Of a stretch of DNA of 64,000 nucleotides, positions 50,333 to 63,648 are shown in pieces. The notes under the pieces are model-generated. The model saw only the letters and a program-made list of their open reading frames with translations, searched no databases and was not told the origin of the DNA. The position numbers were made by a program, and so were the translations under genes. Every line of letters begins with the position of its first letter. Within the stretch, counting starts at the first letter, position 1. The stretch lies in the NCBI RefSeq assembly GCF_036321535.1, contig NC_087437.1, positions 48,300,001-48,364,000 of the forward strand, written 5' to 3'. The DNA comes from Camelus dromedarius. Taxonomy: Eukaryota.

Positions 50333-53300
50333 AAAATTATGTAAGTTTCAGGTGTACAGCATTATAATTTGACATCTGTATACACTACATAGTGATCACC
50401 AGTACAAGTCCAGTTATCATCCACTGCCATACAGTTGACCCCATTCATGCATCTCATCCACCCCTCAATCCCTTCCCTTTAGGTGACCACTAATCTGAAT
50501 TTGTTTTTTATTTTATTTTGTTTGTTCTGCTTTTTAAGATCATCAATGTTGTCACAAATGGCAGAATTTCATTCTTTTAATGGCTAAGTAGAATTCCATT
50601 GTGTATATCTACTACATCTTATTTTTCCATTCATCAATTGATGGACACTTACATTGTTTCCATATCTTGGATATTGTAAATAATGCTGCAGTGAACATAG
50701 GGGTACATATATCTTTTCAAATTAGTGTTTTCATGTTCTTCAGATAAATGCCCAGAAGTGAAATGGTTGGTAATTCTATTCTTAATTTTGGGAGGAATCT
50801 CCATACTATTTTCCATAGTGTCTGTACCAATTTACAGTCCTATCAACAATGTATGAGGGTTCCTTTCCTCCACATCCTTGTCAGCTGTTGTTGTTTTTGT
50901 CTTTTCAATGATAGTCATTCTAACAGGTGTGAGGTGATATCTCATTGTGGTTTGATTTATATTTCCCAAATAATTAGTGAAGTTGAACATCTTTTAACGT
51001 GCCTGTCGGCCACCTATATGCCTTCTTTGGAAAAAATGTCTATTTAGGACCTCTGTACATTTTTTAATTAGTTTTTTTTTTTTTTGGTTGTTGTTGAGTT
51101 GTATGAGTTCTTTGTATATTTTGGATATTAACCCTTTATCAGATATATGATTTGAAAATATCTTCTCCTATTCAGTAGGTTTCCTATTCATTTTGATGAT
51201 GTTTTCCTTCACTGTGCAGAAGCTTTTTAGTTTCATGTAGTTCCATTTGTTTATTTTTGCTTTTGTTTCACTTTGGAGTCAGATCCAGAGAAACATTTCT
51301 AAGACTGATGTCAGTGAGGTTACTGCCTATGTCTTCTCCTAGGGATTTTATGGTTTTAAGTTTTATCTTCAAGTCTTCAATTTATTTTGAGTTAATTTTT
51401 GTGTATGGTGTGAGATAGTGGTCTAGTTTCATTCTTTTGCTTGTGGCTGTCCAGTTTTCCCAACACCATTTATTGAAGTGACTGTCCTTTCTCCACTGTG
51501 TGTTCTATGCTCCTTCATCATAGATTAATTGCCCATATATGTGTGGGTTTATTTCTGGGCTCTCTAGTCTGTTCTGCTGATCTATGTGTCTATATTTGTG
51601 CCAGTACCATGTTATTTCTGATTACTGTAGTTTTGTAGAATAGTTTGAAATTAGGGAGCATTGTCGCCTATCTCCAGCTTTGTTCTTTTTTTAAGATTAT
51701 TTTGGATATTTGAGATCTTATGTGGTTCCATACAAATTTTAGAATGATTTGTTTTTGTTCTGTGAAATATGCCATTTAAATTTTGATAGGAATTGCTTTG
51801 AATCTGCAGATTGCTTTGCATAGCATGGTCATTTTAACAATATTAATTCTTTCAGTCTATGAGCATGGAATATCACTCTATTTGTGCTTTCTTCAGTTTC
51901 TTTCATCAGTGTCTTGTAGTTTTCAGAGTACAGGTCTTTCGCCTCCTTGGTTAAATCTATTCTCAGGTTTTTTTTTTTTTTTGATGCAATTGTAAATGGG
52001 ATTGTTTTCTTAATTTCTCTTTCTGATAGTTCATTATCAGTGTATAGAAAAGCCACAGATTTCTGTATATCAATTTTGTATCCTGCTTACTGTTTACTGA
52101 ATTCATTTATTAGTTCTAACAGTATTTTGGTGGAGCCTTTAGGGTTTTCTATAGTATCATGTCATCTGCAAATATGAGAGTTTGACTTCTTCCTTTCCAC
52201 TTTGGATGCCTTTTACTTCTTTTTCTTGCCTAATTGCTGTGACTAGGTCTTCCAATACTATGTCAAATAAAAATGGTTAAGACTGAGCATCTTTGTCTTA
52301 TTCCTGATCTTAGAGGAAAAGCTTTTATCTTTTCACCCTTGAGTTTGATGTTAGCTGTGTATCATACATGTCCTTTATTATGTTGAAGTATATGCCATCA
52401 ATGCACACTTTGGTGAGACTTTTTATCATAAATAGATGTTGAATTTTGTCAAATGCTGTTTCTGCATCTTTTGAGATGATTGTATGATTTTTCTTCTTTG
52501 TTTTGTTAATATGATGTATCATGTTGATTGATTTGCAGATGTTGAACCAGCTTTGCATCCCTGGATAAAACTCACTTGATCATGGTATATGATCCTTTCA
52601 ATGTATTGTTGGATTCAGTTTGCTAATATTTTGTTGAGGAGTTTTGCATCTATGTTCATCAAGGGTATTAGCTGTAATTTTCTTTTTCTGTGGTGTCCTT
52701 GTCTAGTTTTGATATCAGAGTAATTATGCCTTCATAAAATGTGTTTGGAAGGTTTCCTTCCTCTTCATATGTAAATAGCTGTCTGTTTTAATTTGGTAGC
52801 AACTTAAACACATTAGAAAGTTTTATCTTTTTACTCCTCCCTTATCATGCTTCATGCTTTTGATGGCACATTTTGCATCTTTTTATTTTATGAATCCCTT
52901 AACTAATTATTGTAATTTTGGTTAACTTTACTACTTTTGTTTTTTAACCTTCATGCTTGCTTATAAGTGATAGAGCTACTACTTTAACTATATATTTACA
53001 TTTCCCAGTGGAATTTTTACTTTTGTATGTTTTCTTACTATTAATTAGTAACACTTCTTTTCAACTTAAAGAAGCCCCTTTAACATTTTTTGTAGGGCCA
53101 GTTTAGTGGTGATGAGTTCCTTTAGTTTTTGCTTACTGGGAAGCTCTTAAATACTCCTTCAATTCTAAATGATAACCTTGCTGGGTAGAGAATTCTTGGT
53201 TGGAAGTTTTTCTTTTCCTTTCAGCATTTTGAATATATCATGCCATTCTCTTCTGGACTGTAAATTTTCTGCTAAATCTGCTGAGAGCCTTATAAGGTTT

Positions 53301-54600
53301 CTTTTGTGCATAATAAGTTTTTCTTTTTGCTGCTCTTAGAATTGTCTCTTTACCCTTAACTTTTATCATCTTAATTGTAATGTGTCTTGGTGTGTTTCTC
53401 TTTGGGTTTATCTTATTTGAAACTCTCTTGTCTTCCTGGACCTGGATGTTTACTTCTTTCCCTGGATTAGGGATGTTTTCAGCCACTATTTCTTCAAATT
53501 TTTGGTGCTTTCTGTCTCTCTCTTATCTTTCTAGTACCCTTATAATGTAATTCTTATTCCACTTGATGTTGCCCTAAGGTCCCTGAAGGTGTTTTCACTT
53601 TTAAAATTCTTTTTTAACTTTGCTGCTCTGTCTGGGTTCTATTGCTTTGTCTTCCAGCTTATTGATTTGAGGTTCTATCTCATCCAATCTATTGTTGAAC
53701 CTTTTCTAATGTATTTTTCAGTTCAGTTATAACTTTTGTTTGGTACTTTGTTGTAGTTCCTCTTTCTTGAAGTTCTCGTGGTGTTCATCCATTCTTCTTC
53801 TAAGTTTCGTGAGCATTTTTGTGACCATAACTGGACTATATCAGGTAGATTGCTTATCTCCATTTAGTTTAGTTCTTTTTCTGAGGTTTTGTCTCATTCT
53901 TCTGATAGGAACATATTCCTCTGTCTCCCCATTTTGCCCAATTCTGGCTTTTTGTTTTCATGTATTAGGTTAATCAGTTCCCTCTCCCAGTCTTGAAGGA
54001 ATGGCCTTATTCAGAGATGTCCTGTGAGGCTCAGAAGTACAATCCTACCTGGCCACCAGAGCCATGTGCTCAAGGGCTGTCCCCTATATGAACTTTATGC
54101 ACCCTCCTATTGGGGCAGGGCCATGGCTGCTGCTGCAGTGCACTGGTGGGTGAGACTGACCCCCACTGGCTGTGAGGATGGCCTCAGATGCAGGGGTGAG
54201 TGGGGTTCTCAGTAGGGCATGCCCATTGGTGCTGACAGGTAAGAGGGAGAATTCTGAAATGGTGCTTGCCGGCACCAGCATTAGAGAGATAGCCTGAGAT
54301 CACAAAAATTGCTCCCTCCAGTGTCTTAGTCTCCCAGGGAGTGTACCAACTAGTTCCTGCCTCTCCGTGGGTTAGTAAGTGGGTCTGTTTCATTTACAGT
54401 CCATAAGCTTTTCAATCTGGTGTTTCTGTGCTGGTTTTAGGGTCGAGTGAGCCTGTGTGCAAGCCCTTTAAGAATGAGTTTTTCTGTTCCCTGCAGTTCT
54501 GTAGTTTTCCTGGATGTATTTCCTGTTGATTTTCAAAGCCAGGTGTTTTGAGGATTCATCTTTCCTATGCAGGATCTAACAGGTGGAGTGCCTAATGTAA
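50333..54600 (-). mobile_element. Internally deleted LINE-1: 3'UTR, ORF2 3' half, ORF1 remnant, partial 5'UTR
   Basis: ORF2 pieces 52325-52558 ([18 protein letters not shown]) and 51829-52056; ORF1 piece 53238-53486 (MAENIPNPGKEVNIQVQE...NPKRNTPRHITIKM); GC-richer 5'UTR ~53990-54600. Confidence 0.92.
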
Positions 54601-54948
54601 AGACAAGTACTATAACTTACATCAGTGGCAGTAGCCAGAGTATTTACAGAGTATCTACACATCTGCGCTGATTCTCTGAGCTCCAGCTGCTATTGGGTGG
54701 TGAAAAGAGAGCTAAGTGATACCTGCACAGACAACAAGTTGCACTGCAGGAGAATTCTGAGCTCAGAGAAACCAAATCTTTTATAATGGGTAATACGCAT
54801 GCCTGCACTTTCTCTGGAGAGCAATATTATCTCTGTCTTCCAAGGCTGTTTGCTATAAAAAAAAATCCTCAAAAGATAATCCAGGACAAAGAGTAATTAG
54901 TGCCTCACTTGCAAGTCAGGAAGAAAACCATGAAATTCTCTCACAACA
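54600..54948 (-). mobile_element. Partial ERVL LTR (MER54/MER70/MER76 group)
   Basis: 'tatctctgtcttccaaggctgtttgctata', terminus 'aattctctcacaaca'. Confidence 0.65.
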
Positions 54949-55760
54949 ATGAGTAGCACCTTTTATTTTGTTCCTCAGAGCTTTCTGGCTACCAAGACCA
55001 AGTGGTACATATTCCTCCTAATAAATATATAGCTCTCCTTAAAAAATGGAGCATGACAGTTGAGATAAACTTTTTTCTAGCCGAAAACTAATAGGGGAAA
55101 CAGGCACTTGGAAGCTTACCTAGAACATAAATTAAACAAAATAATAGATAATGTATTCAGAGTTTTGTACAATACAGGGAAATTAATTTTCTATAGCCAT
55201 TTCTTACACAAGCATGGAAGAAAATCAAGACAAAAAATAAATCAAACCTCTGTGAAGAAATTTTTATGATGACATTCTATGTATTTTAACAGTAGTAAAG
55301 TTTTAAATGTCTAATTTTCAACATGTTAATGTTTACAGGGTATATACCTATAGTCAAAGTTTAGTCTAATGCAAATCATGGACAGGAGAACATAGTCAAT
55401 AGTTTGTTTTATATGTTTTATATTTACAGAATTCAGCTGCCTGGATTTGTCCCCCATTTTAATGAATAGAAGCACTCTATTAAACATATTAAAATCAAAC
55501 ACTGACTATTTTGTTCTAGGCACTGTGCTACTTACTGCATATATAGAGATGCATATAGTTTCCACCTTCAAGAAACAATCCTAAACATCTCAAATAGCTT
55601 GTTTGTCTTCTATCCATTTTCCCTGTCACCATGTGGATGGCTTAATTCTGCAGAAGGGAAGAGAACCCCAGCTTGTTCATATGCAAGCAGTTAGTAAGCA
55701 AATAGTCTTTTCTCCTTGGATCACATTTCATCACTGTCATTTCATGAGGTTCTTTATTTA

Positions 55761-55949
55761 AGAGCTGCCCAGTATAGTAGTGAATAGGCAAATTTGGCTA
55801 CTAAATTAAAATAAAAGCATAATTAAATTAAATTAGTTTTTCCATCACACTAAATGCTCACTAGCCACATGTGGCTAGTGGCTAGTGTGGTAGACAGTGC
55901 AGGTATAGAACATTTCCATTATTGCAGAATATTCTGTTAAATAGAACTG
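55761..55949. mobile_element. MER3-like hAT MITE
   Basis: 'ctagccacatgtggctagtggcta...gtatagaacatttccattattgcagaa'. Confidence 0.8.
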
Positions 55950-56981
55950 TTTTGGAGTATGGCCTTGCTTTCTAAAGTGGTCTTTAGGTATAAACTGGAT
56001 ATGTCCCAGAGCTGTACTCCTAATTTTTCACAGCAGAAAATTACTCAATATGTCAGACTGAAGTCCAAATGACATAGATATGCAGATATAAAGATTCAGA
56101 TAGAGATACAGATTTAGATATCAATATTTATTTGACAGTTACCCAACTCCTGACATTCATTCTTAAGGAGGAAAGGATCAGTCAGGCAGTAATTAACAGA
56201 ATCAACCCTCTGAACTTTATATCTGAGTGGGTGATAGTTTCAGTAATACTTTGTGGCTTTTACCCTATATTTGAAATTTTCCTACTGCTGTATTCTGGAG
56301 GGTGATTTTGTTGGAAAGTATAAAATCTGTAATTATCGCATTAGCTCACAGAAGACTTAGACAGGGTATGTGCTTTGTAAATGTCATTTGCTATTTGCAT
56401 GTGGCATTTAAATTCCTCCTAGTGTTAACACACCACAGAGATCTTTGTATTGTTTCTGAGTTGTTTCTTTTGTTAATTTTGATTCTGCTTGCAGCAGGCA
56501 TTTTAGAAGTTACTGGAAAAGTTAGACCTTCGTGTTTTATAATGCCATTGACATTCAGTAAGCTTAGTAAAGAAATGAGACTCCAAGAACTATGTGAGGA
56601 GATTTTAATCTCTGATCCACTGTTTCCTTGAATTAATTACTGGAGAAAGTAGAACAAACTTCCAATATCTGATCCTCAGAGTTCAAGGAAGAAATAAAAC
56701 AAGTACAGATGGACACAGTGAACTGTATTACAAGTAAATGTCATAATGTATACATGTTCCCATGCTATCTTTTTTGAATTTTGCCGCTAGTTTTTATGGT
56801 TTTTATCAGTTTGTGACTAGGACGGCAAGATTCATTTTACATGGGGAAATCTTTCTTACTTCAAAATGGTAAGTCATCCATTTTGGCTCTTGGCACCATT
56901 TCTTAATAAAACCTTCAACGGTCAGGTATTCTTCAATTTCTATCATTATCACATGCGTTTATTTCCATGAATGACATTCTT

Positions 56982-57125
56982 TTTTTTTTTTTTTTTTTTC
57001 TGGTGGGGGGAGGTAATTAGGTTTGTTTATTGTTTATTTATTCTTAGAGGAGGTACTGGGGGTTGAACCCAGGACCTCATGCATGCTAAGCGTGCGCTCT
57101 ACCACTTGAGCTACACCCTCCCCCC
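56982..57125 (-). mobile_element. tRNA-Ala-derived SINE, Vic-1-like (camelid)
   Basis: Minus strand 'ggggagggtgtagctcaagtggtagagcgcacgcttagcatgcatgaggtcctgggttcaacccccagtacctcc' with A and B boxes, 'aaacctaattacctcccccc' tail, ~20-nt poly(A), and perfect TSD ccatgaatgacattctt (56965-56981 / 57126-57142). Confidence 0.92.
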
Positions 57126-58639
57126 CCATGAATGACATTCTTCATCTTGCAAATCTTACTTGACTTTAAACATTTTTAAATTATGTGGATACTCTGGGTT
57201 TATTTGTTTGCTTCTGTAATCTAAGTAGAATCTTGCATATAATGATCCTCTGGCAACTCTGGCACTTCTCTGCTTTACAGAATCCTCACTGGGGCTCTTA
57301 GTCATGTACTCATCTGCACGTGTTCACCCCCATATTCCCTTATAATTAATAATCCAGTGTGATCTGAGAATGCATTAGAATTTTATAACTCGTACTAGAC
57401 TTCATTTAGAAAGTTTGTAATAATTTTAAAATTGCAATTCAAAACAAAATAAAAGAACATAAGCTAAATTTTTGATTTCCTTAAAAAGAATATTCAGTCT
57501 TCTTTCCCCCTGCAAAGACAGGCACTGTGAACATCAGGGTTAGGTCCTTTTCTCTGTGTATATGTGTGTAGGTATACACATTTTTCGCAAATACAGGATC
57601 ATATATGTTACATTATAACATAAATTTTTTACTTCATTTTCACTTTACCTGGATATGTTCCCTATTCTATAATCTCTTAAATTATATATGTTCTAGAACA
57701 TTATTTGTAATGCAAATACATAATTTACTGAACCATCTGTATCACTGGATATTTTGCTTATCTCCAGCATAGTGGCTTTATCATCCATAACCTTTTGATT
57801 TGTTCACTCTAGTACATACTTACTTTTTGTTTTAATACAGAAATTTCTGAAAATTATTTGAAATAGCTAAATTTTAGTGTTCTATTCTTATATAACAATC
57901 CAGCTTAATTTTGCTCATCCAAAACCATAATTCATAACTGATTTGACTAAGCCCTGTGGAATCACTCATTTTCTTAGCATTCAGTTTTTCAACTTTATAC
58001 CACTTGCCAAAGCCTCTTTCCTACACTCCCTCTTGCTCTCATTTTCTGTCTTCTTCAAAACCTAGTCCTATGTATTTTATTTACAAGGAGGCATAATTAA
58101 TTAAAAACAACTTAATGTTTTCCTTTCTGAAGTCATTTGCATTTTAACAGGGATAAAACCCTCATATTAACAAGATGAGACTTTAGTGGAGGAACTGTAG
58201 GTCCACTAGAAGGTTGGAGAAGACCCCTATAAACAAATCATATAATGTGTTGCTTATTCTTCTTATTTTAAGGTTTTTGGGGTAAATGTTACCTGCCCTG
58301 TTTACTCATCAGTTAAGCTGCAAAATATGCTTGATATACCTTCAGTCCTTCATATGATTCAAGGTAACAAACTAAAGAGTTAGCAACTTCAGGCAGAAAC
58401 TACCTGCTGCTATAATGCTGGGATGCCTAGCACAGTGCCAGGCATACAACAGATGCACAACTCTGTTACTTAATTGGTCAACTAACAGTGATTCAGGCTG
58501 TGGTCACTGGTCTCTGGACTGATGATTTTATTTGCTTTTTGCTGCCTGCAAAAGCAATCCCTGCAATACTGTTACAGATGATATGCAGCAAGTGGCTGTG
58601 AACCATGTTCATAGTTTCTGCATCTATAGGAGAAAGAAT

Positions 58640-59370
58640 GGTTCTACAAAATCAGGAACATTTGTACTGAGTCAAGGGGTGGAGGGGATGAGAAATGGTG
58701 GCATAGACAAAAAAACTCCATCCCTATTATGCAAAAAATATGAACAAGACATAGCTCTGCTAACAGTCCAAAAGAGAGACAATTGTTTAAGTAATTCACC
58801 ATTATAAATGCAACAACAGAATAATACGCATGGTAAAATGGCACCAAAAGAATGGGCCATGAACTTTACATGGAGAGGTCAGCGAAATCTTCACCCAAGA
58901 GACACTGCTTTAACAGGGTCTTATAGGATGAATAAGAATTTGTTAGGTATATGGAAAGAGAGGAAGGAGCATACTGTACAAAAGGGTGAAAGAATGTATC
59001 AAGTTCAATAAATGGCAGATATTACGATCCTGGAGTACAAAGTTTCAGGCACAGAGTAGCAGAGAAGCAGATTGAATTGGAATTATTATAGAGGCTTTGT
59101 GGGCTGTGCTAAGGAGCTGGGGTTCTACTCTCTAGGACAGTGGCTCACCATCCCAGCTGCACATTGGTACTGCCTGGGGAAGATTTTTAAAAAATACAGA
59201 TGCCCAGAATCCACTTACATGTATTTGAGAGGATAGCAGAGGTATTAGTTTAACTCTGGATGTGACAAGTTGGGGATACCTGTGGGGCATTGAAGATGGA
59301 GATGAAAATAATCCATGAGTGATAGGACACAGGAGTCTGGAGGTTTGCAGAAGTCTGTGAGCCCTAAATT
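58640..59370 (-). mobile_element. L2 fragments interrupted by a MER5-type MITE (~59135-59230)
   Basis: 'attatagaggctttgtgggctgtgctaaggagctgggg' (L2); 'cagtggctcaccatcccagctgcacattgg...aaatacagatgccc' (MER5). Confidence 0.6.
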
Positions 59371-59419
59371 TCTGTGGGTGCAGAGAGTGCATGGTACATT
59401 AGCCTAAGTATAGGTAAAT

Positions 59420-59590
59420 TGGTGCTTGAGTCTTGACTTAAGATACCAGCTCTGTAACCTTGGGCAAGTTACTTCTCTCTGAGCCTCAGTGTCCTAATTT
59501 GAAAATGAAGATACCAGGGGAGCCAAATGAGATATAAGTGAGAGCGCTTTTTAAAGTACTGTGTGACTATGCAGTTTTATTATTATCATT
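59420..59590 (+). mobile_element. MIR SINE
   Basis: 'ctgtaaccttgggcaagttacttctctctgagcctcagtgtcct'. Confidence 0.85.
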
Positions 59591-60589
59591 AGTGACCAGT
59601 GTATATGTAATGGAACTATTTTCTTTCTGTGCACATGCTGCAGAAGGAAATATCAGACCAGGATCAACAGATTTGTCTTCAAGTCTCAGTTTTGTTATTC
59701 TCTACCTGGGTGAGCTTAGATACTTGACATCACTCCTTACACTTTAACATCTTTAAAGTGAAAATTTAGATGAGACCAGTGGTTTTAAAACTTTGCTCAT
59801 TGGAGCCTTAACATTTTTCATTGCAATCTCTCAGGGGCTCCAAAGGGATAGGGCATGGGGAGACACAACAGTCCTACTTTCAGCTGGCTTCTGTGTCAGA
59901 CTTTTCTGCAGGGTTCTTTTAAAAGAAAATGTTTTAAAGCTACGGACAGAAAAGTCTGAAAACCTCTGAGTAAGATTATCTCAAAGGAACTTTCCTGCTG
60001 GAACATCCCATGGTTCTACAGTATTGTAAATGATCCAGCCTCTTGAAATTCCTGCCTTCTTCACAAGGTTGTATGGAAGAACAGTTAAGAAGGGCTCCCA
60101 AAGCTGTAAAATAATCGTCTAAAGTTGCTCACTGACCATATCCAGATATCAAGGGCTATTATACTCACATCCATACTCTCACCTAACTGAATATTTTATT
60201 CTTCATGTTTTAGGTATAAATGTAGGTCAGGGATGAAAATACTCATCACACACGTCAACTCTAATGGCTGCCTAGACCCTGTGAAGACGTGGTTTCTGTG
60301 TGCATTTGGGTTCCCCGGTATAGAATGCTGTGATCAAATATTAATTTCTAACACAAGCATAGAAAGAAGAATACAGACACATATATTAATATTTTTCTTT
60401 CCTCTTAGAAGCAAAACTTTGCTTCCTGTGTGGCCAGTATAGCTTGATTTCAAAACATGCCTCCACCTTTTACTTTTGCATACAGGGATTTTATGCCTGT
60501 GGAACTATGCCTAAATCTCACAGCTGAGCTCTCTCATGCAGTATTAAGGGAATTCTTCCCTATTTTTTTTTTTTTTAAGTCTTATTCAA

Positions 60590-61683
60590 TGAATGTAAGG
60601 AAACTTCCTCAACTGGATAAAAGGCATCATCTTGGTGGTGAAAGACTTAACCTTAAGGTCAGGAACAAGGTAAGGATGTCCTCTCACCACTTGAATACTG
60701 TACTGGATGTTCTTCCCAGTGTGAGAAAGCAATAAAAGGTTTCTGGCAAAGGATTTTTATCCAGAATATATAAAGGTATTAGTAAAAAGAAGATAACCCA
60801 ATTTAAAAATGGGCAAAAAGGTTTAACAGACATTTGATCAGAGAAGACTGCAAATAAGCACACGAAAATACGCTCAATATCATTAGTCATTAGTGAAATG
60901 CAAATAAAAACTGCAATGATAAACCCCTACATATCAGCTAGAATAGCTAAAATAAAAAAGACTGACTATACAAAACGTTGGCAAAGACATGGAGTAACTG
61001 GAACTCTCATACACTGCTGGTAGAAATATAAAATGACCTAACTACTTTGGAAGGTAGTCTGGCAGTTTCTTAAAAAGTTAAATACATAGCTATCATACTG
61101 CTCAAACATTTCAGTCACTCCCAGGTATTTACCCCCCCCAAAAAAAGCAAATTTTGACTCAGAGACTTTTACACTATACTCATAGTCACTTTATTTTTAA
61201 TAGCCTGAAACTGGAAATAATCCAAATGTCTACCATTACCACCTGTCTGCTAGGTAAATGAATAAACAGATTATGGTATAGCCATAGAATGAAATACTTC
61301 ACAGCAATAAAAGGGCACAACTACTGATATTTATGCAAACACAGGGTATATATCAAAATAATTTTTGAAGTGAAAGAAGCCAGACAAAATATAGTTTTCT
61401 TCATGAAAATTCTAGAAAGTGCAAATTAAACTATAAAAACAGAAAGCAGATCAATGGTTGCTTTGGGACCAAAGGGGTAGGATGGCAGGGACCAAGGATG
61501 AGCAGGAGGAAAGGATTACAAAGAGACATGAAAAACCTTTTTGGGGTGATAGGTATGTTCATTATTTTGATTGTGGTAATGGTTTCATGGGTCTACATAT
61601 AAATAAAATCTCACCAAAATATAATCTTTAAATATACAGAGTTCATTATATGTCTATCAGATCTCAATAAAATTGTAACAAAA
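60590..61683 (+). mobile_element. Old LINE-1 3' portion (L1ME/MD-like), internally deleted
   Basis: 'aatttaaaaatgggcaaaaagg', 'gtgaaatgcaaataaaaac', 'ggaactctcatacactgctgg', 3'UTR 'ttttgattgtggtaatggtttcatggg'. Confidence 0.85.
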
Positions 61684-62289
61684 ATTAATTACCTGTCATT
61701 TTTGGTGACTGTATTAGTCTTTTATTTTTACTTTATTGGAAACAAGCCCATGCATAACTTGCTGTGGAATTTGAGCATGTTACTAACATCACTGGGATTC
61801 AAAATTTGCAATTTTAAGAAATAATTGATTTCTAAAATGATAAAAGGTCCCCACTCAACATCTCTAATCTATGATGTATAAGCCACATTCAGGGAGATAG
61901 AGGAAAACCTAAACTATGATACTTAAATTTTTGACAAAAACATTTTCTACGGTAAGGAAGGGTGGCAGCATTATAAATTGACATGTAGAATCTGACTTTG
62001 GTTCTTGTACCATGAGCTCTATGGATTCTTTTATTGATTTTTCAGTTTGTTAAGGCATCTGTGGAAGATTTCTTTTTAGAACTTATACAATTAATATAAA
62101 TTTGCAGTATCCATGAGACTGAAATTGATGTGGACTGAAGAGCCAGAATGCTATAAATTTCTGTTCCAAAAATCCATAAATGTTTATAGACAATGCTTTC
62201 TGGAATGATAGGAATTGAAAGGAATGTGAATAACTGTATTAATATTAATCTTTATTTTCCAAACAATGACTTAAAAAATAAACTAATAC

Positions 62290-62460
62290 ATAATGTTAGC
62301 ATTCATTGACTGCTTACTTGGTTCTAGGCACTGTGATTATTGCTTTGCAGATATTTAATTCAATATTATATTTACTTTTTTACAAAAAACAATGAAGGAT
62401 GACACTACTGAGATAAACGACCAGTGTCACGCAGCTAGTGAAGTGCCAGGTATTAACTAT
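62290..62460 (-). mobile_element. MIR fragment
   Basis: 'cattcattgactgcttac...ctaggcactgtg...gtcacgcagctagtgaagtg'. Confidence 0.6.
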
Positions 62461-63648
62461 TTTCACCACAGTATTTACAGATTATGAATTTAACCTGAGC
62501 CATGTGGGTTTCGATTCTGTTTCATTCCACTTCTAACTTACAGATTGGTCTTCAGAAAGTCACTAACCCTATTCACATTCTGGGGTCTGTGCTTTGAAAC
62601 TGAAGATGATTTTCTTACAACTCACCCACAGAGGACATAAGAAATATGACATAATCAGATGGCAAAGAAACCTATTTGTGTTGACAGCATCATCATCTAT
62701 AAAAATTTCAAAAATAATTTTTATAATTTGGTATTTATCAACAAAATTAACCTTTTTTTTTTTTAAGATTAACATAAAATCAACGCAATTCTTCTATCCT
62801 TTTTGGAAGCAGAAAATCCACTCCCTTCCCCCACCACCCCACCTTCAGAGAGATTTCTATTAACTGGTGTTTCCATGGGCACCAGTAGTTCTCATTTCCT
62901 ATTCTAGCTGAACTCTAACTGATAACTTACTGTTATCTCATCCCAAGTGATTCTTCTTTTTGCTCTTATCTTACACAAAATGGGGAGGCACAAAGACTTT
63001 TCCTTGATTTCTCCAAAATAATGTCAATTTGTTAGACTTCTCTGAAGTTTTAAGGCAATGGAAGAGGGGAGTTACAGCACAAAATTACATAGAAAACATT
63101 TTAAAACAGAGTATTAGATAATCCTTTTCTTAAAACTCCTTCAGTGGACCTGTTAGCAGGAATTATACACCAACTCACTCTCTTCAGGCTCCAGACTTCT
63201 GTCATATAATTTGAACACTTCTGTCTGACTAATACCTCTGTTATTTTTCTCTTCCTCAGTGAAACCCCCCAAATTTGTGATAACTTTCTACCCTGAACAG
63301 TCTAGCTAATACTTTCATACATTTCCTTCCAAACTATAATCCTCTGTCCTCATCTTTCACACTAATAGGCAGTTTCCTTTTCAAAAACATTTGTCTCCAT
63401 AAGAGGAATTCAGATGCCATGCACTGACATACACTTTTTAAAAATCTCATTTCATATTAATGTAATAATACCTTGTTAATTTGCAGTGACTTGTTTGGTA
63501 ACCTTAATACAAACCAGAAAGTAAGCATATATGATTCCCAGGAAGCCAAAGTCACCACCTCAGGCAATTTATTTATAAAAGTAAAAGTGTACAAGAAGTA
63601 ACAGTAATGATCAAAACGATAAGAAAAACATTCGAAAAGTTTCTCTTA

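Noticed and set aside
56302..56631. 109-aa hydrophobic ORF resembling a membrane protein
   Set aside because: GTG start; hydrophobicity is explained by T-rich sequence; no recognisable family.
57046..57125. tRNA-Ala gene
   Set aside because: It carries a SINE tail, poly(A) and TSD, so it is a SINE rather than a functional tRNA.
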